DNA from: Patescibacteria group bacterium
Lineage (GTDB): Bacteria; Patescibacteriota; UBA1384; DATEAH01
DNA length: 64,000 nucleotides
Assembly: GCA_035288465.1 (NCBI GenBank)
Contig: DATEAH010000005.1
Span: 131,636-195,635 of the forward strand
Direction of reading: 5' to 3'
The notes below the pieces were generated by a model, which worked only from the letters and a program-made list of their open reading frames with translations, had not been told where the DNA came from and ran no database searches. The position numbers were made by a program, and so were the translations under genes. Shown here piece by piece: positions 19,716 through 29,787 of this stretch (its first letter is position 1; each line of letters starts with the position of its first letter).

Positions 19716-21258
19716 TTAATTTCTTTTGTAATTTAATAATTTTTTTATCTTTTTGATAATACCAAATTAGAAAAACAGCCATTAATAAATACCAAGAAAA
19801 TAAAATTGGACTCGAAATTGTAATTTGTTCTAAAGAAGCGAAAGGAATTTTAGCAAAATTTGTGACGACTAAAATTATATATTTCAATACCAGCCAAGAA
19901 AACCAACCGACAACTTGACTAAAACTGATAAAGATAAAAGATGACATAACTGCCAAAAAACCCAAAAGCATCGCTAAGGGAATGATTGGTAAAATCAAAA
20001 CATTCACAATCGGCGCGACCACTGAAATCCTATGAAAATTAAATAAAATCAAAGGGGTAGTTAAAATTTGTGCAGATAATGTGGCTAACAGAGGTTCGGT
20101 AATAATTTTAGGAATTTTAGGATACAAACGCCAACGAGAAAAATAATTTTCTAAGATCGGGACAAACCAAATTAAACCTGCCACGGCCATAAATGAAAGT
20201 TGAAAACCTAAATCTGCCCGAATAATACGCGGATTTATTAAAACCATCAGCAGCGCGGTAATTATTAAGGCTAAACTAATATCAGATTTTCGTCCCAATC
20301 TTTCTGCCCAAATTATAAACATTGCCATCACCGCTGCCCTGACTACAGGTGGCTCAGCGCCAACCATAACCGTGAAAAGAAAAACACCAAGAACCGCGGT
20401 GATAATTGACAATTTTTTCGACCACCTTTTGGTTAAGGACATAAAAACTTTAATAATAATGGTAATATTAAAACCAGAAATTACCACAATATGGGTAGTA
20501 CCGGTTAAATTAAAAGCAGACATTAAATTTTCAGGAATTGAATTTTTCGCGCCGATGAGCAAGCCGGCTAAAAATGAGCTTTCCGGTTCCGGTAAAATTA
20601 AATTAATTTTTTGAGAAAAATTCTGTTTAGCTTTTGACAAAGCACTCAGTAAGGCTTGCCAGCTGGAGGCAACAAAATTTTGCTTAAGATCGACGGGTTT
20701 TTCAATTTCGGTAATCTTAGGATAAGACATTAGTGAATAAATTTCTGACTTGGCTAAGTATTGACCATAATCAAATTCCGAAGATGATTTTGGCTTTAAA
20801 ATTTCCCCGGAAATTTCTAACCACTGGCCCTGTTGATATTCTGGAAATCGCCTGAGCTTGATTAAAATTTTACCTTGAGCATTTTGAAAATCTTTTTGAT
20901 TTTCTGGATGAATTCGATATGTCAAAATAACAAATTGCTGCTGGTCTGATTTTATATCTGGGGTTTTGACAATTTGACCCTGAATCTGAACAGTTTGATT
21001 TTGCCAGCTCGAAAGCTGATCTGGATGGCGCATTTCATAAAAATGTGAATAAAAGATGCCAAACAAGAAAAATAAACCGGCAATGACCATAAGGCGAATT
21101 TGAAGATCTTTCCAAAATGAAATTAGCAAAATCAATAAAAAAATTAGAGCCAAGACCATAATCAAATTATTATAACCCAAAAAAGAGGCCGCAAAGATAC
21201 CAAATAGTAATGCCGCCGAAGAAATTAACAAATATCTTGATTTGCCAATTTTTTTCAT
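19699..21258 (-). CDS. comEC: ComEC/Rec2 DNA uptake channel (DUF4131 + Competence domains)
   Basis: G..HIVVISGFNI, VRAAVM, GFQLSF; many TM helices. Confidence 0.93.
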   Translation of the reverse strand: MKKIGKSRYLLISSAALLFGIFAASFLGYNNLIMVLALIFLLILLISFWKDLQIRLMVIAGLFFLFGIFYSHFYEMRHPDQLSSWQNQTVQIQGQIVKTPDIKSDQQQFVILTYRIHPENQKDFQNAQGKILIKLRRFPEYQQGQWLEISGEILKPKSSSEFDYGQYLAKSEIYSLMSYPKITEIEKPVDLKQNFVASSWQALLSALSKAKQNFSQKINLILPEPESSFLAGLLIGAKNSIPENLMSAFNLTGTTHIVVISGFNITIIIKVFMSLTKRWSKKLSIITAVLGVFLFTVMVGAEPPVVRAAVMAMFIIWAERLGRKSDISLALIITALLMVLINPRIIRADLGFQLSFMAVAGLIWFVPILENYFSRWRLYPKIPKIITEPLLATLSAQILTTPLILFNFHRISVVAPIVNVLILPIIPLAMLLGFLAVMSSFIFISFSQVVGWFSWLVLKYIILVVTNFAKIPFASLEQITISSPILFSWYLLMAVFLIWYYQKDKKIIKLQKKLNAKNI

Positions 21259-21330
21259 TATTATTATCTTAACATATTTGACGAAACTTCGAATATTTAC
21301 TAAAATGAAAGAGAGATTAAAGGAGGGCAA

Positions 21331-22023
21331 TTGGGACGAACGGTTAAAATAATAATCACGATTTTATTAATAGGGATTGTCGGTTTTGGCGGATATTATT
21401 TTTATATGCAAAGGCAGCAAAATACAACTCAGACTAACACGACCACTGATAACACCACCCCCCCTACAAACGATGGGAGCTCAACAACCAGTACTGAAAT
21501 TAAAACGATAATCACTGTCAATCCGCAAGATTATGACAACGCTCTTCAAAAAAATTTTGATACCGCTTCCCAAAAAGCTAGCCAATGGCAAAGTGATGCT
21601 AAATTTGTATATTTACAAATAGATTTGCCAAATAATTTAAATCCAGATAAAGCTAATGAAACTTATGTTTTTATCTCTGCAAAATCACCCTCAAATTATT
21701 GGACGATTGCTCAAAATTTAGCTGGAGAATATATTCGAGCAATTATTCCCAAAACTGATTTTTTAAAAAACGGAAGTCCTAAAGAAATTTTTACAAAATA
21801 TTGGAAAACTGATTGGATAACGGCTTTTCAAAAAGCCGATTTAGAATCTGGAAAAGCCTTTCGAGAAAAATATCCCAATGATCTGGAAATTTCTGCCAAT
21901 CTTACACATGGCGGCCCCAATGATTATTTGACTTGGATTATCAAGTACAATGCACCCAAAGCTGGCGAAAAACTTGAGGTTCAGGTTGATGCGGCGACTG
22001 GTGAAATTAATCAATCTTCATAA
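21331..22023 (+). CDS. Membrane-anchored hypothetical protein
   Basis: N-terminal TM, Thr-rich linker, PepSY-like C-terminal VDAATGEI. Confidence 0.75.
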   Translation: MGRTVKIIITILLIGIVGFGGYYFYMQRQQNTTQTNTTTDNTTPPTNDGSSTTSTEIKTIITVNPQDYDNALQKNFDTASQKASQWQSDAKFVYLQIDLPNNLNPDKANETYVFISAKSPSNYWTIAQNLAGEYIRAIIPKTDFLKNGSPKEIFTKYWKTDWITAFQKADLESGKAFREKYPNDLEISANLTHGGPNDYLTWIIKYNAPKAGEKLEVQVDAATGEINQSS

Positions 22024-22089
22024 TATTTTTTACAAATTGACAATTATTCTAAATAGATTAAGATAAAAAGAGAAAGAAAGGAGCGGGAT

Positions 22090-22614
22090 TTGAACTCTCC
22101 CAGCTGGGATTTATTTATTATTATCTTTTTAGCAATTGCCACCGGCTATGGTTTTATTTTGCAAAAAGAAAAAGCCGCCGCGACTTTAATCAGCACTTAT
22201 ATCGCCTTAGCTGTCACCTCGGTTTGGGGCGAAGCGGTTTATAATATTTTATCCGGCAACACCATTTTATTTAATCAGGTTTGGTTTCAATCACATTTAA
22301 GCATCTTTACGGTTAAAGCGATTATGTTTGGTGCTTTTATTGTTTTGCTCTCCTTAAAAGGGGAGTATCTTAGTTCCAGAACCGGCACCGTCGGCTCAAC
22401 GATTCTTCTATTCCTATATAGTTTCTTAAATGCTGGCTTGATTGTGGCGACAATAATTTCATTTATGGATGAAGCGGCGAGAACTAACCTACTTTTGCAA
22501 TCCCAAGCCGCAGAAATGATTTTTAAATATCAAAATTATTGGATCGCGTTGCCGGCAATTATTTTAATTGTGGCTGGTTTTCGCAAAAAATCTAATTCCC
22601 AATCCGAACAATAA
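22090..22614 (+). CDS. Multi-pass membrane protein (CvpA-like)
   Basis: AAGGAG RBS; about five hydrophobic helices. Confidence 0.7.
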   Translation: MNSPSWDLFIIIFLAIATGYGFILQKEKAAATLISTYIALAVTSVWGEAVYNILSGNTILFNQVWFQSHLSIFTVKAIMFGAFIVLLSLKGEYLSSRTGTVGSTILLFLYSFLNAGLIVATIISFMDEAARTNLLLQSQAAEMIFKYQNYWIALPAIILIVAGFRKKSNSQSEQ

Positions 22615-22615
22615 A

Positions 22616-22644
22616 TTGACTTTAGTCTCCAAATTTGGTATTAT
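22616..22644 (+). promoter_or_regulatory. Sigma70 promoter of tRNA-Lys
   Basis: TTGACT-17 nt-TATTAT with TG extension. Confidence 0.6.
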
Positions 22645-22678
22645 AATTTTGAATTTGGAGATTTTTTATTATTAACGA

Positions 22679-22750
22679 GGGCCCGTAGCTCAGTGGTAGA
22701 GCGACAGCCTTTTAAGCTGTGCGTCGCGGGTTCGATCCCCGCCGGGCCCT
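22679..22750 (+). tRNA. tRNA-Lys(UUU)
   Basis: GGGCCCG/CGGGCCC acceptor stem, ACAGC-CT-TTT-AA-GCTGT anticodon arm, GGTTCGATCC T-arm. Confidence 0.96.
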
Positions 22751-22890
22751 TTTTCAAGAATAACCTCTTTTGAGGTTTTTCTGAAAAATGCTAGGTGTGG
22801 CGAGAACTCGCTGGCGATAAGCAATATATTAAACAAAATATCATTCAAAACAGAAATTTATGATCTATTTTTTTGATATTCGTGGATATT

Positions 22891-22921
22891 AAAATATGGC
22901 CACCCGAAGGTAGCCATATTT
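22891..22921. terminator. Bidirectional terminator-like hairpin
   Basis: AAATATGGCCACC-CGAA-GGTAGCCATATTT between convergent units. Confidence 0.6.
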
Positions 22922-22945
22922 ATTAAGAAGATTTTATCAAATCAT

Positions 22946-23272
22946 TTATTGTGTTTTGGGGGCAGCCGGAGCAGAACCGACTTTGCCATATTTCTTGACC
23001 ACCATAAAGTAGTAAAGTAAGTCGGCTAACCAAAGGAAACCCAATAATAATCCCAAAATCATCACAATTAACCAAGTGGTTTTTTCAGGAAAATCTCTTT
23101 TACTCAAATCAATTACCAGGATAATCCACCAGATAAAAAATAACAGACCTATTAAACCGGCGATGATCCAAAAAATTAACATTCCACCCAAAATAGTAGC
23201 ACCGGCAGCGGCCGCGGCAGCATCAGTAGCTTCAGTAGAAGTGTCTGTCAACTGCGCTAATAATGAAAACAT
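22946..23272 (-). CDS. Small membrane protein (PLDc N-terminal-like)
   Basis: FWII..ID...RDF.EK..WLIV..L pattern; AAGGAGG RBS. Confidence 0.75.
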   Translation of the reverse strand: MFSLLAQLTDTSTEATDAAAAAAGATILGGMLIFWIIAGLIGLLFFIWWIILVIDLSKRDFPEKTTWLIVMILGLLLGFLWLADLLYYFMVVKKYGKVGSAPAAPKTQ

Positions 23273-23409
23273 TGCCCTCCTTAATTTAACACCTAAAATT
23301 CAAAGCTCTGAATTGGTGTTGATTATTAATTAACTATATTTTTACTTTATCAAACTCTTTTGAGTTGTCAACCCGCCTCGCCTCATCGGCGAGCCGAGGC
23401 CTGGTCCGT

Positions 23410-25197
23410 CTATTTTAGAAATTTCCAAAAAACATCTTTGTCTAATTTTATATTTGCCGCCATTTTCATTCTTTTCTTGCCAGCTTTTTGTTTTTCTAAA
23501 AGTTTTCTTTTGCGGGTATAATCCCCGCCATACAATTTGGCAATCACATCTTTGCGGAGTGGGGGAATGTTTTCCCTGGCAATAACCTTAGCACCGGTGA
23601 CTGCTTGAATTGAAACTTCAAATAACTGTCTGGGAATAATTTTTTTAAGCTTGGCAACTTGAGCTCGGCTTAATCGGAATAAATCGTCTTGATAGACAAT
23701 TTGGGAAAAAGCAGGGAATTTTTGTCCGGAGATTAAAAAATCTAATTTAACCAAATTGGCTGGTTGATATCGCAAAAAACGCCAATTATATGAACCTAAA
23801 CCCGAAGTTAAGGTTTTTAATTGATCGTAAAAACCCCAAATCAAGTTTGATAAGGGAATCTCATAGGTTAATAAACTTCGGTCCTCGGCTAAATTTTGAG
23901 AGGTTAAAAATTTAGCTCGTTGTAATTTTAACAATTCAGCCACCGGTCCCAAATATTGGTTTGGGACCAAGAGGGTAATCTCCATAATTGGTTCTGAGAT
24001 TTCTAAAATTTGCGAACGGTCTGGAAATTGATCTGGATTGTTAACTTTAAGGATTTCTTTTTGGGTTGTCAAAACGTTGTACGACACGGAAGGCGTGGTA
24101 AAGACAATCCCTAAGTGATATTCTCTTTCTATTCTTAACTTCACTATTTCTAAATGCAGCATGCCTAAAAAACCACCACGAAATCCAGAGCCAAACAGGG
24201 AAGAGTGCTCAGGCTGAAATTGCAAAGAACTGTCATTTAATTTTAATTGCGAGAGGGCATTTTTTAATTTTTCTGACTCCCCTTTTTCAGAAAATAATGA
24301 AACAAAAATATTTGGTCGGGGCTCTAAATAGCCTGGTAATTTTTTAAAATTTTTCGGGATAGGGGAGAGGGCAATCGTATCGCCCACTTGACAATTTTCA
24401 GTTTTTTTAATATTAGTGGCAAGATAACCGATTTCGCCGGCTGATAATTTTCCTTTTTCTAAATAATCCGGGGCAAAGACCCCCACTGAGCCGACTTTAG
24501 TTTCAGTGTCCGTAGCTAAAAATTTAATATTTTGATTGGTGGAAATTTCACCTGCAAAAACCCTCACATAAGCAATTGCGCCTTGATATGGATTATAAAT
24601 TGAATCAAAAATTAAGGCCTTGAAATCTGAACTGCAATCAATTTTTGGAGCGGGAATATTGGTAATTATTTTATTTAATAACTCCCCTACTCCTAGGCCG
24701 GTTTTGGCGGAAATTTTTAAAATTTCTTTAGTTTCGACATTTAATAATTTAGCTAATTCAGCTTGTCTCTTGTCAGTTTCGGCTTGAGGTAAATCTATTT
24801 TGTTAATAACTGGGATAATTTCAAGCTTTAGTTTCTGGGCTTGTTCGAGAACGGCTAAAGTTTGGGCTTGGATGCCTTTGACGGCGTCGACTAACAAAAC
24901 TGCACCTTCAACGGCAGCCAAGCTGCGAGAAACTTCATAAGAAAAATCAACATGTCCCGGGGTATCAATTAAATTTAAAGTATACGGCTCGGAATTATAA
25001 AGATATTGCATTCGGACCGGCGCTAATTTAATCGTAATCTGTTTTTCTTTCTCAAGTTCTAAACTATCTAAATATTGAGGATGCATCCGATTTTCGGGAA
25101 TGGTTTTAGTAATTTCTAAAAAACGATCCGCGAGCGTGGATTTGCCATGATCGATATGCGCAATAATCACAAAATTTCGAATCTTATTTTGATCCAT
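23410..25197 (-). CDS. lepA: Translation elongation factor 4
   Basis: IRNF.IIAHIDHGKSTLADR, LIDTPGHVDFSYEVSRSL, GFLGMLH, RKDV.AKLYGGD.TRKRKLLEKQK.GKKRMK. Confidence 0.97.
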   Translation of the reverse strand: MDQNKIRNFVIIAHIDHGKSTLADRFLEITKTIPENRMHPQYLDSLELEKEKQITIKLAPVRMQYLYNSEPYTLNLIDTPGHVDFSYEVSRSLAAVEGAVLLVDAVKGIQAQTLAVLEQAQKLKLEIIPVINKIDLPQAETDKRQAELAKLLNVETKEILKISAKTGLGVGELLNKIITNIPAPKIDCSSDFKALIFDSIYNPYQGAIAYVRVFAGEISTNQNIKFLATDTETKVGSVGVFAPDYLEKGKLSAGEIGYLATNIKKTENCQVGDTIALSPIPKNFKKLPGYLEPRPNIFVSLFSEKGESEKLKNALSQLKLNDSSLQFQPEHSSLFGSGFRGGFLGMLHLEIVKLRIEREYHLGIVFTTPSVSYNVLTTQKEILKVNNPDQFPDRSQILEISEPIMEITLLVPNQYLGPVAELLKLQRAKFLTSQNLAEDRSLLTYEIPLSNLIWGFYDQLKTLTSGLGSYNWRFLRYQPANLVKLDFLISGQKFPAFSQIVYQDDLFRLSRAQVAKLKKIIPRQLFEVSIQAVTGAKVIARENIPPLRKDVIAKLYGGDYTRKRKLLEKQKAGKKRMKMAANIKLDKDVFWKFLK

Positions 25198-25223
25198 ATT
25201 CCAATCAATTTTCTAATTAATAA

Positions 25224-25385
25224 TTATGGGGTCATTTCGGCATTATCTTCTTTGGGAGTAAAACAATTGGCAATACAATCTTCAGAACTGCGATCATTTT
25301 CGATTAATTTGTCTTCCGAAGCCATACAATAACCCATCAAATCGTCTTTGAATTTAAAATTTTGGCAATCTTGGCATGTAGGCAT
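25224..25385 (-). CDS. 53-aa Cys-rich small protein (not in ORF track)
   Basis: MPTCQDCQNFKFKDDLMGYCMASEDKLIENDRSSEDCIANCFTPKEDNAEMTP; AAAGGAG RBS; fills the murJ-lepA gap. Confidence 0.75.
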   Translation of the reverse strand: MPTCQDCQNFKFKDDLMGYCMASEDKLIENDRSSEDCIANCFTPKEDNAEMTP

Positions 25386-25411
25386 AAACGCTCCTTTATA
25401 TTATATGCGTA

Positions 25412-27085
25412 TTATTCTTGTTGGGATTGTTTAGCACCAACAGTCTGGTCAACGGCAATATCATCGGGCGGGGTAACTCTTTTTTTAAAAACCTCTAAAA
25501 ATGCGGAAAATTCCTCACATTTTAACAAATAGGTAATTAATAAATAAAACCCAAAACTAATTACAATCGTAGCTGTGGTTTTTAATAATACTCCCTGGAA
25601 AGTCTGCATGTTAACTTGCCAACCAATGTAATATTTTATCAGCTGAGCCACAAAGCCTAAAACTACGCTCGCAAAAAGATATTTAAAAACCGTTTTCGCA
25701 AAATCAAAACCATCCGCGTATTTTAATTTTATCCTCAATAAAATCGCCAAAACTACCACGTTAAAAATTGAACCTAAACTTACGGCTAAAGCTAAACCAA
25801 CCGCTTTTAAGGGAAAGTCTAAGCTCAGATTTGCAAATGATAAATGCCCAAGATTAATTCGGCTTAAAACAAAGCTTAAAATAATGGTGACGATTGCAGA
25901 AATTATCCCCGCAATTGCCGGGGTCCGAGTGTCTTCATAAGCATAAAAGGCTCGAGCCAATAACTGCACTAAGCTAGCCGCCCAAATCCCAATCGCGAAG
26001 GCGCCCAAAGAGTTTGCAGTTGCCACTGTGGCCGACCAGCTAAAATGACCAGTTCCTAAGGTTAGTCTGACGATTTCTGATCTTAACAAAAAGAGCAATA
26101 CCGAACAAGGAATAATAAAATATAAAATTTGCTTTGCGGCTAAATTTAAAGATTCCAAAAATTTCTTCTTATCGCCATCGGCGGCAAAATCGGCTAAAAA
26201 GGGAAAGACGGCGATTGCAAAAGAAGCGCCAAAAACCACCGAGAAAAAGGTTTGAATATCATTGGCAAAATTGAAATAGGTGACATTCCCCTTCCAGGTT
26301 GAGGCTAAAAACGTCACCACAATTAAAATTAACTGGTTGGCACCCAAACCGATCATACGAGGCACCATTAATTTGCCAATTCGCCGAACTGATTTATGGC
26401 GAAAATCCGCCACCGGTTGCCAATGAAAACCTAATTTTACTACCGTGGGAATTTGAATTACCATATGCAAAAATGCACCACCTACGACTCCAAACACTAC
26501 CCCCATGACGCCATAGTGATCCGCTAACAATAAAGTAGCTATAATAATTGATAAATTATAAATTAATGGTGATAAACTGTAAACAATGAATCTTTTAAAG
26601 GAATTTAGGATGCCACCCATAATATAACTGATACCGAAAAATAAAGGTGTCAGCAATAACCAACGTGAAAGCTGGGTAGTTTGTAATTGCTGAGATTCGT
26701 TAAAACCTGGAACCAATAAAGGAGTAATATGAGGCATAAAAATTGCTAAAATAATTGGCACAATTGTTAAAACAATGATAGCGATATTTATCACCGAACT
26801 GGCAACATGCCACGCGGTTTGATAATCTTTACGACGCAAATAATTTACAAAGACCGGAATAAAGGCTGAAGAAATCGCCCCTAAAATTAGCAAATTAAAA
26901 ATTAAATCTGGGATTCGAAAGGCTGCTAAATAAGTATCCAAATTGGCTGGAGTAATTTTTTGGGCTAAAAAACGATTTCTAAAAAGTCCTAAAATATTAG
27001 AGCTCACCAGCGTTGCCATTAATATTAAGCTCGCGCCCTTAATCGAATTTTTTCTCATAAAAAGAGTACGAAAAAATCTAATCAC
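25412..27085 (-). CDS. murJ: Lipid II flippase MurJ (MviN)
   Basis: AAFRIPDLIF, GAISSAFIPVF, RAFYA..DTRTP, GLALA.S. Confidence 0.94.
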   Translation of the reverse strand: MIRFFRTLFMRKNSIKGASLILMATLVSSNILGLFRNRFLAQKITPANLDTYLAAFRIPDLIFNLLILGAISSAFIPVFVNYLRRKDYQTAWHVASSVINIAIIVLTIVPIILAIFMPHITPLLVPGFNESQQLQTTQLSRWLLLTPLFFGISYIMGGILNSFKRFIVYSLSPLIYNLSIIIATLLLADHYGVMGVVFGVVGGAFLHMVIQIPTVVKLGFHWQPVADFRHKSVRRIGKLMVPRMIGLGANQLILIVVTFLASTWKGNVTYFNFANDIQTFFSVVFGASFAIAVFPFLADFAADGDKKKFLESLNLAAKQILYFIIPCSVLLFLLRSEIVRLTLGTGHFSWSATVATANSLGAFAIGIWAASLVQLLARAFYAYEDTRTPAIAGIISAIVTIILSFVLSRINLGHLSFANLSLDFPLKAVGLALAVSLGSIFNVVVLAILLRIKLKYADGFDFAKTVFKYLFASVVLGFVAQLIKYYIGWQVNMQTFQGVLLKTTATIVISFGFYLLITYLLKCEEFSAFLEVFKKRVTPPDDIAVDQTVGAKQSQQE

Positions 27086-27128
27086 AACTTTATAATTCCT
27101 TATTATTGCTTATTTTGGCAAATTAGTT

Positions 27129-28949
27129 TTATTTTTTTGCTAATGATTTTGGAAAAAATTTATTAAATTCGTCAGCATACATAGTTTCTTTCTCGAGTAA
27201 TGTTTTAGCGATTTTTTCCCAAACCGATCGGTACTTCAACAAAACTGCATTGGATTTTTTCTCTGCAATCCGGATAATTTTTGCTACTTCATCGTCTATT
27301 TCCGCGGCAACTTTTTCAGAATATGTTTTTTGTTCGGCTAATTCCTTGCCCAAAAAAGTCATTTCTTCTCTTTCGCCAAAAGTCTCGGGACCTAGTTTTT
27401 CACTCATCCCAAAATCAGTCACCATTTTTCGAGCGAGCTTGGTTACCCGACGTAAATCATTTTCAGCACCAGTTGTGATTTCGTGAAATTTAATCTTTTC
27501 TGCAATCCGACCTGCCAAAAATGAAGCAATATCGTCTTCAAACTTACTCTTAGAGTACAAATGTGAATCTTCAGAGGGTAAATTCCAAGTATAGCCCAAG
27601 GCCATACCACGGGAAATAATAGATATTTTATGAACCGGGTCACAATCTGGCAAAACATGAGCAACAACCGCATGACCTGCTTCGTGAAAAGCAGTGATTT
27701 CTTTTTCTTTTTTAGACAAAACTCTGGATTTTCTTTCCGGTCCAAGCATCACTTTTTCAATCGCATCTTCTAAATCATGCATTTCTAATTTTTTCTGATT
27801 GCGGCGAGCCGCTAATATTGCGGCTTCATTGGCTAAATTCTTCAAATCCGCACCAGAAAATCCAATTGAGCTTCGAGCAATTTTTTCTAAATGAATGTTG
27901 CCAGCTAAAGGCTTATTCTTAACATAAATGTTTAAAATGTCCAAACGTTCCTTAAAGTCAGGCAAATCTAATACTATTCGGCGATCAAATCTACCTGGTC
28001 GCAATAAAGCGGGATCTAAAACATCGGGTCGGTTGGTAGCAGCCATAATAATGACATTAGTATCGGTTTCAAAACCATCCATTTCGACTAAAATTTGGTT
28101 TAAGGTCTGTTCCCTTTCATCATGACTGCCGCCTAAACCTGCGCCCCTAAGACGACCGATCGCATCTAATTCATCAATAAAAATAATCGCTGGTGCATTA
28201 CGCTTAGCTTTGTCGAACATATCACGTACCCGAGCCGCACCCACACCAACAAACATTTCCACAAATTCAGAGGCAGATATTGAAAAAAATGGCACTTGAG
28301 CTTCACCAGCCACAGCTCGGGCCAATAAAGTCTTACCAGTGCCAGGAGGCCCAACCAACAAAACGCCTTTGGGAATTTCGGCGCCCAGTTTTTTAAATTT
28401 TTGTGGACTTTTTAAAAATTCAACGATTTCCCAAAGCTCTTGTTTCGGCTCCAATAAACCCGCGATATCGGAAAATTTAACTCGGGATTGGCCAATTCCT
28501 AAAAGTCTGGCTCGAGATTGACCAAAAGACATCGCCCGATTATTTCCGGCTTGTGCTGATCTGAGCATAAAATAAATAAAACCGGCGATTAATAATACCG
28601 GTAAAACTCCAGATAAAACCGCGATCCAAATACTATTTGAGGAGGTGCTTTTGATATCAAGCTGGACGGCATCAAGATTAATATTGGCATCTTTGAGAAT
28701 TTGGACAAAAGAAGATTGTTGTTCAATCGCCGATTTCTGCAAATTGCCATTTTTTAAAACAATTTGTAAATTTTGACCATTAACCGTGATTTTGTTAACT
28801 TCTTTCTTTTTTACTTCATCAATGACTTGATTTAAAGGCACGGTTTGCTGATTTGTATTTTTCACAAAAAATAAATTATAAATTACATATAACGAGAGCA
28901 ATAAAACGACAAAATATAAAATAGTTCTACCCGAACAATATTTTTGCAT
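27129..28949 (-). CDS. ftsH: ATP-dependent zinc metalloprotease FtsH
   Basis: [53 protein letters not shown]. Confidence 0.98.
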   Translation of the reverse strand: MQKYCSGRTILYFVVLLLSLYVIYNLFFVKNTNQQTVPLNQVIDEVKKKEVNKITVNGQNLQIVLKNGNLQKSAIEQQSSFVQILKDANINLDAVQLDIKSTSSNSIWIAVLSGVLPVLLIAGFIYFMLRSAQAGNNRAMSFGQSRARLLGIGQSRVKFSDIAGLLEPKQELWEIVEFLKSPQKFKKLGAEIPKGVLLVGPPGTGKTLLARAVAGEAQVPFFSISASEFVEMFVGVGAARVRDMFDKAKRNAPAIIFIDELDAIGRLRGAGLGGSHDEREQTLNQILVEMDGFETDTNVIIMAATNRPDVLDPALLRPGRFDRRIVLDLPDFKERLDILNIYVKNKPLAGNIHLEKIARSSIGFSGADLKNLANEAAILAARRNQKKLEMHDLEDAIEKVMLGPERKSRVLSKKEKEITAFHEAGHAVVAHVLPDCDPVHKISIISRGMALGYTWNLPSEDSHLYSKSKFEDDIASFLAGRIAEKIKFHEITTGAENDLRRVTKLARKMVTDFGMSEKLGPETFGEREEMTFLGKELAEQKTYSEKVAAEIDDEVAKIIRIAEKKSNAVLLKYRSVWEKIAKTLLEKETMYADEFNKFFPKSLAKK

Positions 28950-28996
28950 TATAAATCTCCTCTAAGTTTAATTATTGGCTTTCGGCTCGAAATTTG

Positions 28997-29068
28997 TGGC
29001 TGGGGTGGGGCTCGAACCCACAACCTACAGCTTATGAGTCTGTTGCTCTACCATTGAGCTACCCAGCC
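28997..29068 (-). tRNA. tRNA-Met(CAU), probably elongator
   Basis: GGCTGGG/CCCAGCC acceptor, ACAGA-CT-CAT-AA-GCTGT, GGTTCGAGCC. Confidence 0.9.
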
Positions 29069-29194
29069 ATGTCGCGACAACCTCCACATTGTTCGCTCTG
29101 ATGTGCAAATAATACATCATAGCTCATTAGCTATAGTGTCGTTCCTTTCCAAAAATCAAAGATTTTTGGTTTTTTCAGATTTCGAATTTGTATA

Positions 29195-29265
29195 TAGCGG
29201 GGCCTGGATTTGCACCAGGGTCTACTGCTTATGAGACAGTCGAGGTACTACTCCTCCACCCCGCA
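29195..29265 (-). tRNA. Initiator-type tRNA-fMet(CAU), atypical
   Basis: T1/T72 mismatch plus GCGGGG/CCCCGC stem, A11-T24, ACTGT-CT-CAT-AA-GCAGT, T-loop TGCAAAT. Confidence 0.85.
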
Positions 29266-29283
29266 GCGCTAATAATTTATAAA

Positions 29284-29679
29284 TTATTTAAAAACAAACT
29301 GCCACCAACGAATCAGGTTTGAGCGATTATTTTGTGTTTGGTTATTAGCAATTTCAGTCTTTTCTTCAGTCACAGGTTGGTTGTTGCTTGCCGAAACAAT
29401 AAAAACTTTTTCGCCCGGTTTTTGATAGCCAAGCTTTAAACGAGCTTGTTGTTCTTTGTAGGTACTACTTTGATAATATTCAATTTGCTTTTGTAATTCC
29501 TGATTATGATCTCGGAGCTGCTGCATTTCATTATCTAAATTAGTAACTTCAAGATTAATATTATAGTTTTGCCAAACTGCTTTTCCCAGCAAAAAAAGAA
29601 TATAAGCAATAATCAAAAAAAATGGTACCAAACGTAGTTTTGGGATGAATTTTTTAAAAGCTTTTCTATTGTTTGACAA
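29284..29679 (-). CDS. Septum formation initiator (FtsB/DivIC family)
   Basis: TM + coiled coil + EQQARLKLGYQKPGE; CPR-type C-terminal N..RWW..F. Confidence 0.85.
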   Translation of the reverse strand: MSNNRKAFKKFIPKLRLVPFFLIIAYILFLLGKAVWQNYNINLEVTNLDNEMQQLRDHNQELQKQIEYYQSSTYKEQQARLKLGYQKPGEKVFIVSASNNQPVTEEKTEIANNQTQNNRSNLIRWWQFVFK

Positions 29680-29787
29680 ATTCCCCTCGCTCTCTTAAAA
29701 ATACCATGATTTCAATTTAAAATCAAGCCCAAAATTGGTTTGGAAATTATAATTTACCAAAATATTTAATTTGCAATGAAGAAATAA

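Noticed and set aside
18837-21258. Split comEC as a frameshifted pseudogene
   Set aside because: Both ORFs have intact motifs and the MBL gene has its own start and TM; two-gene ComEC is common
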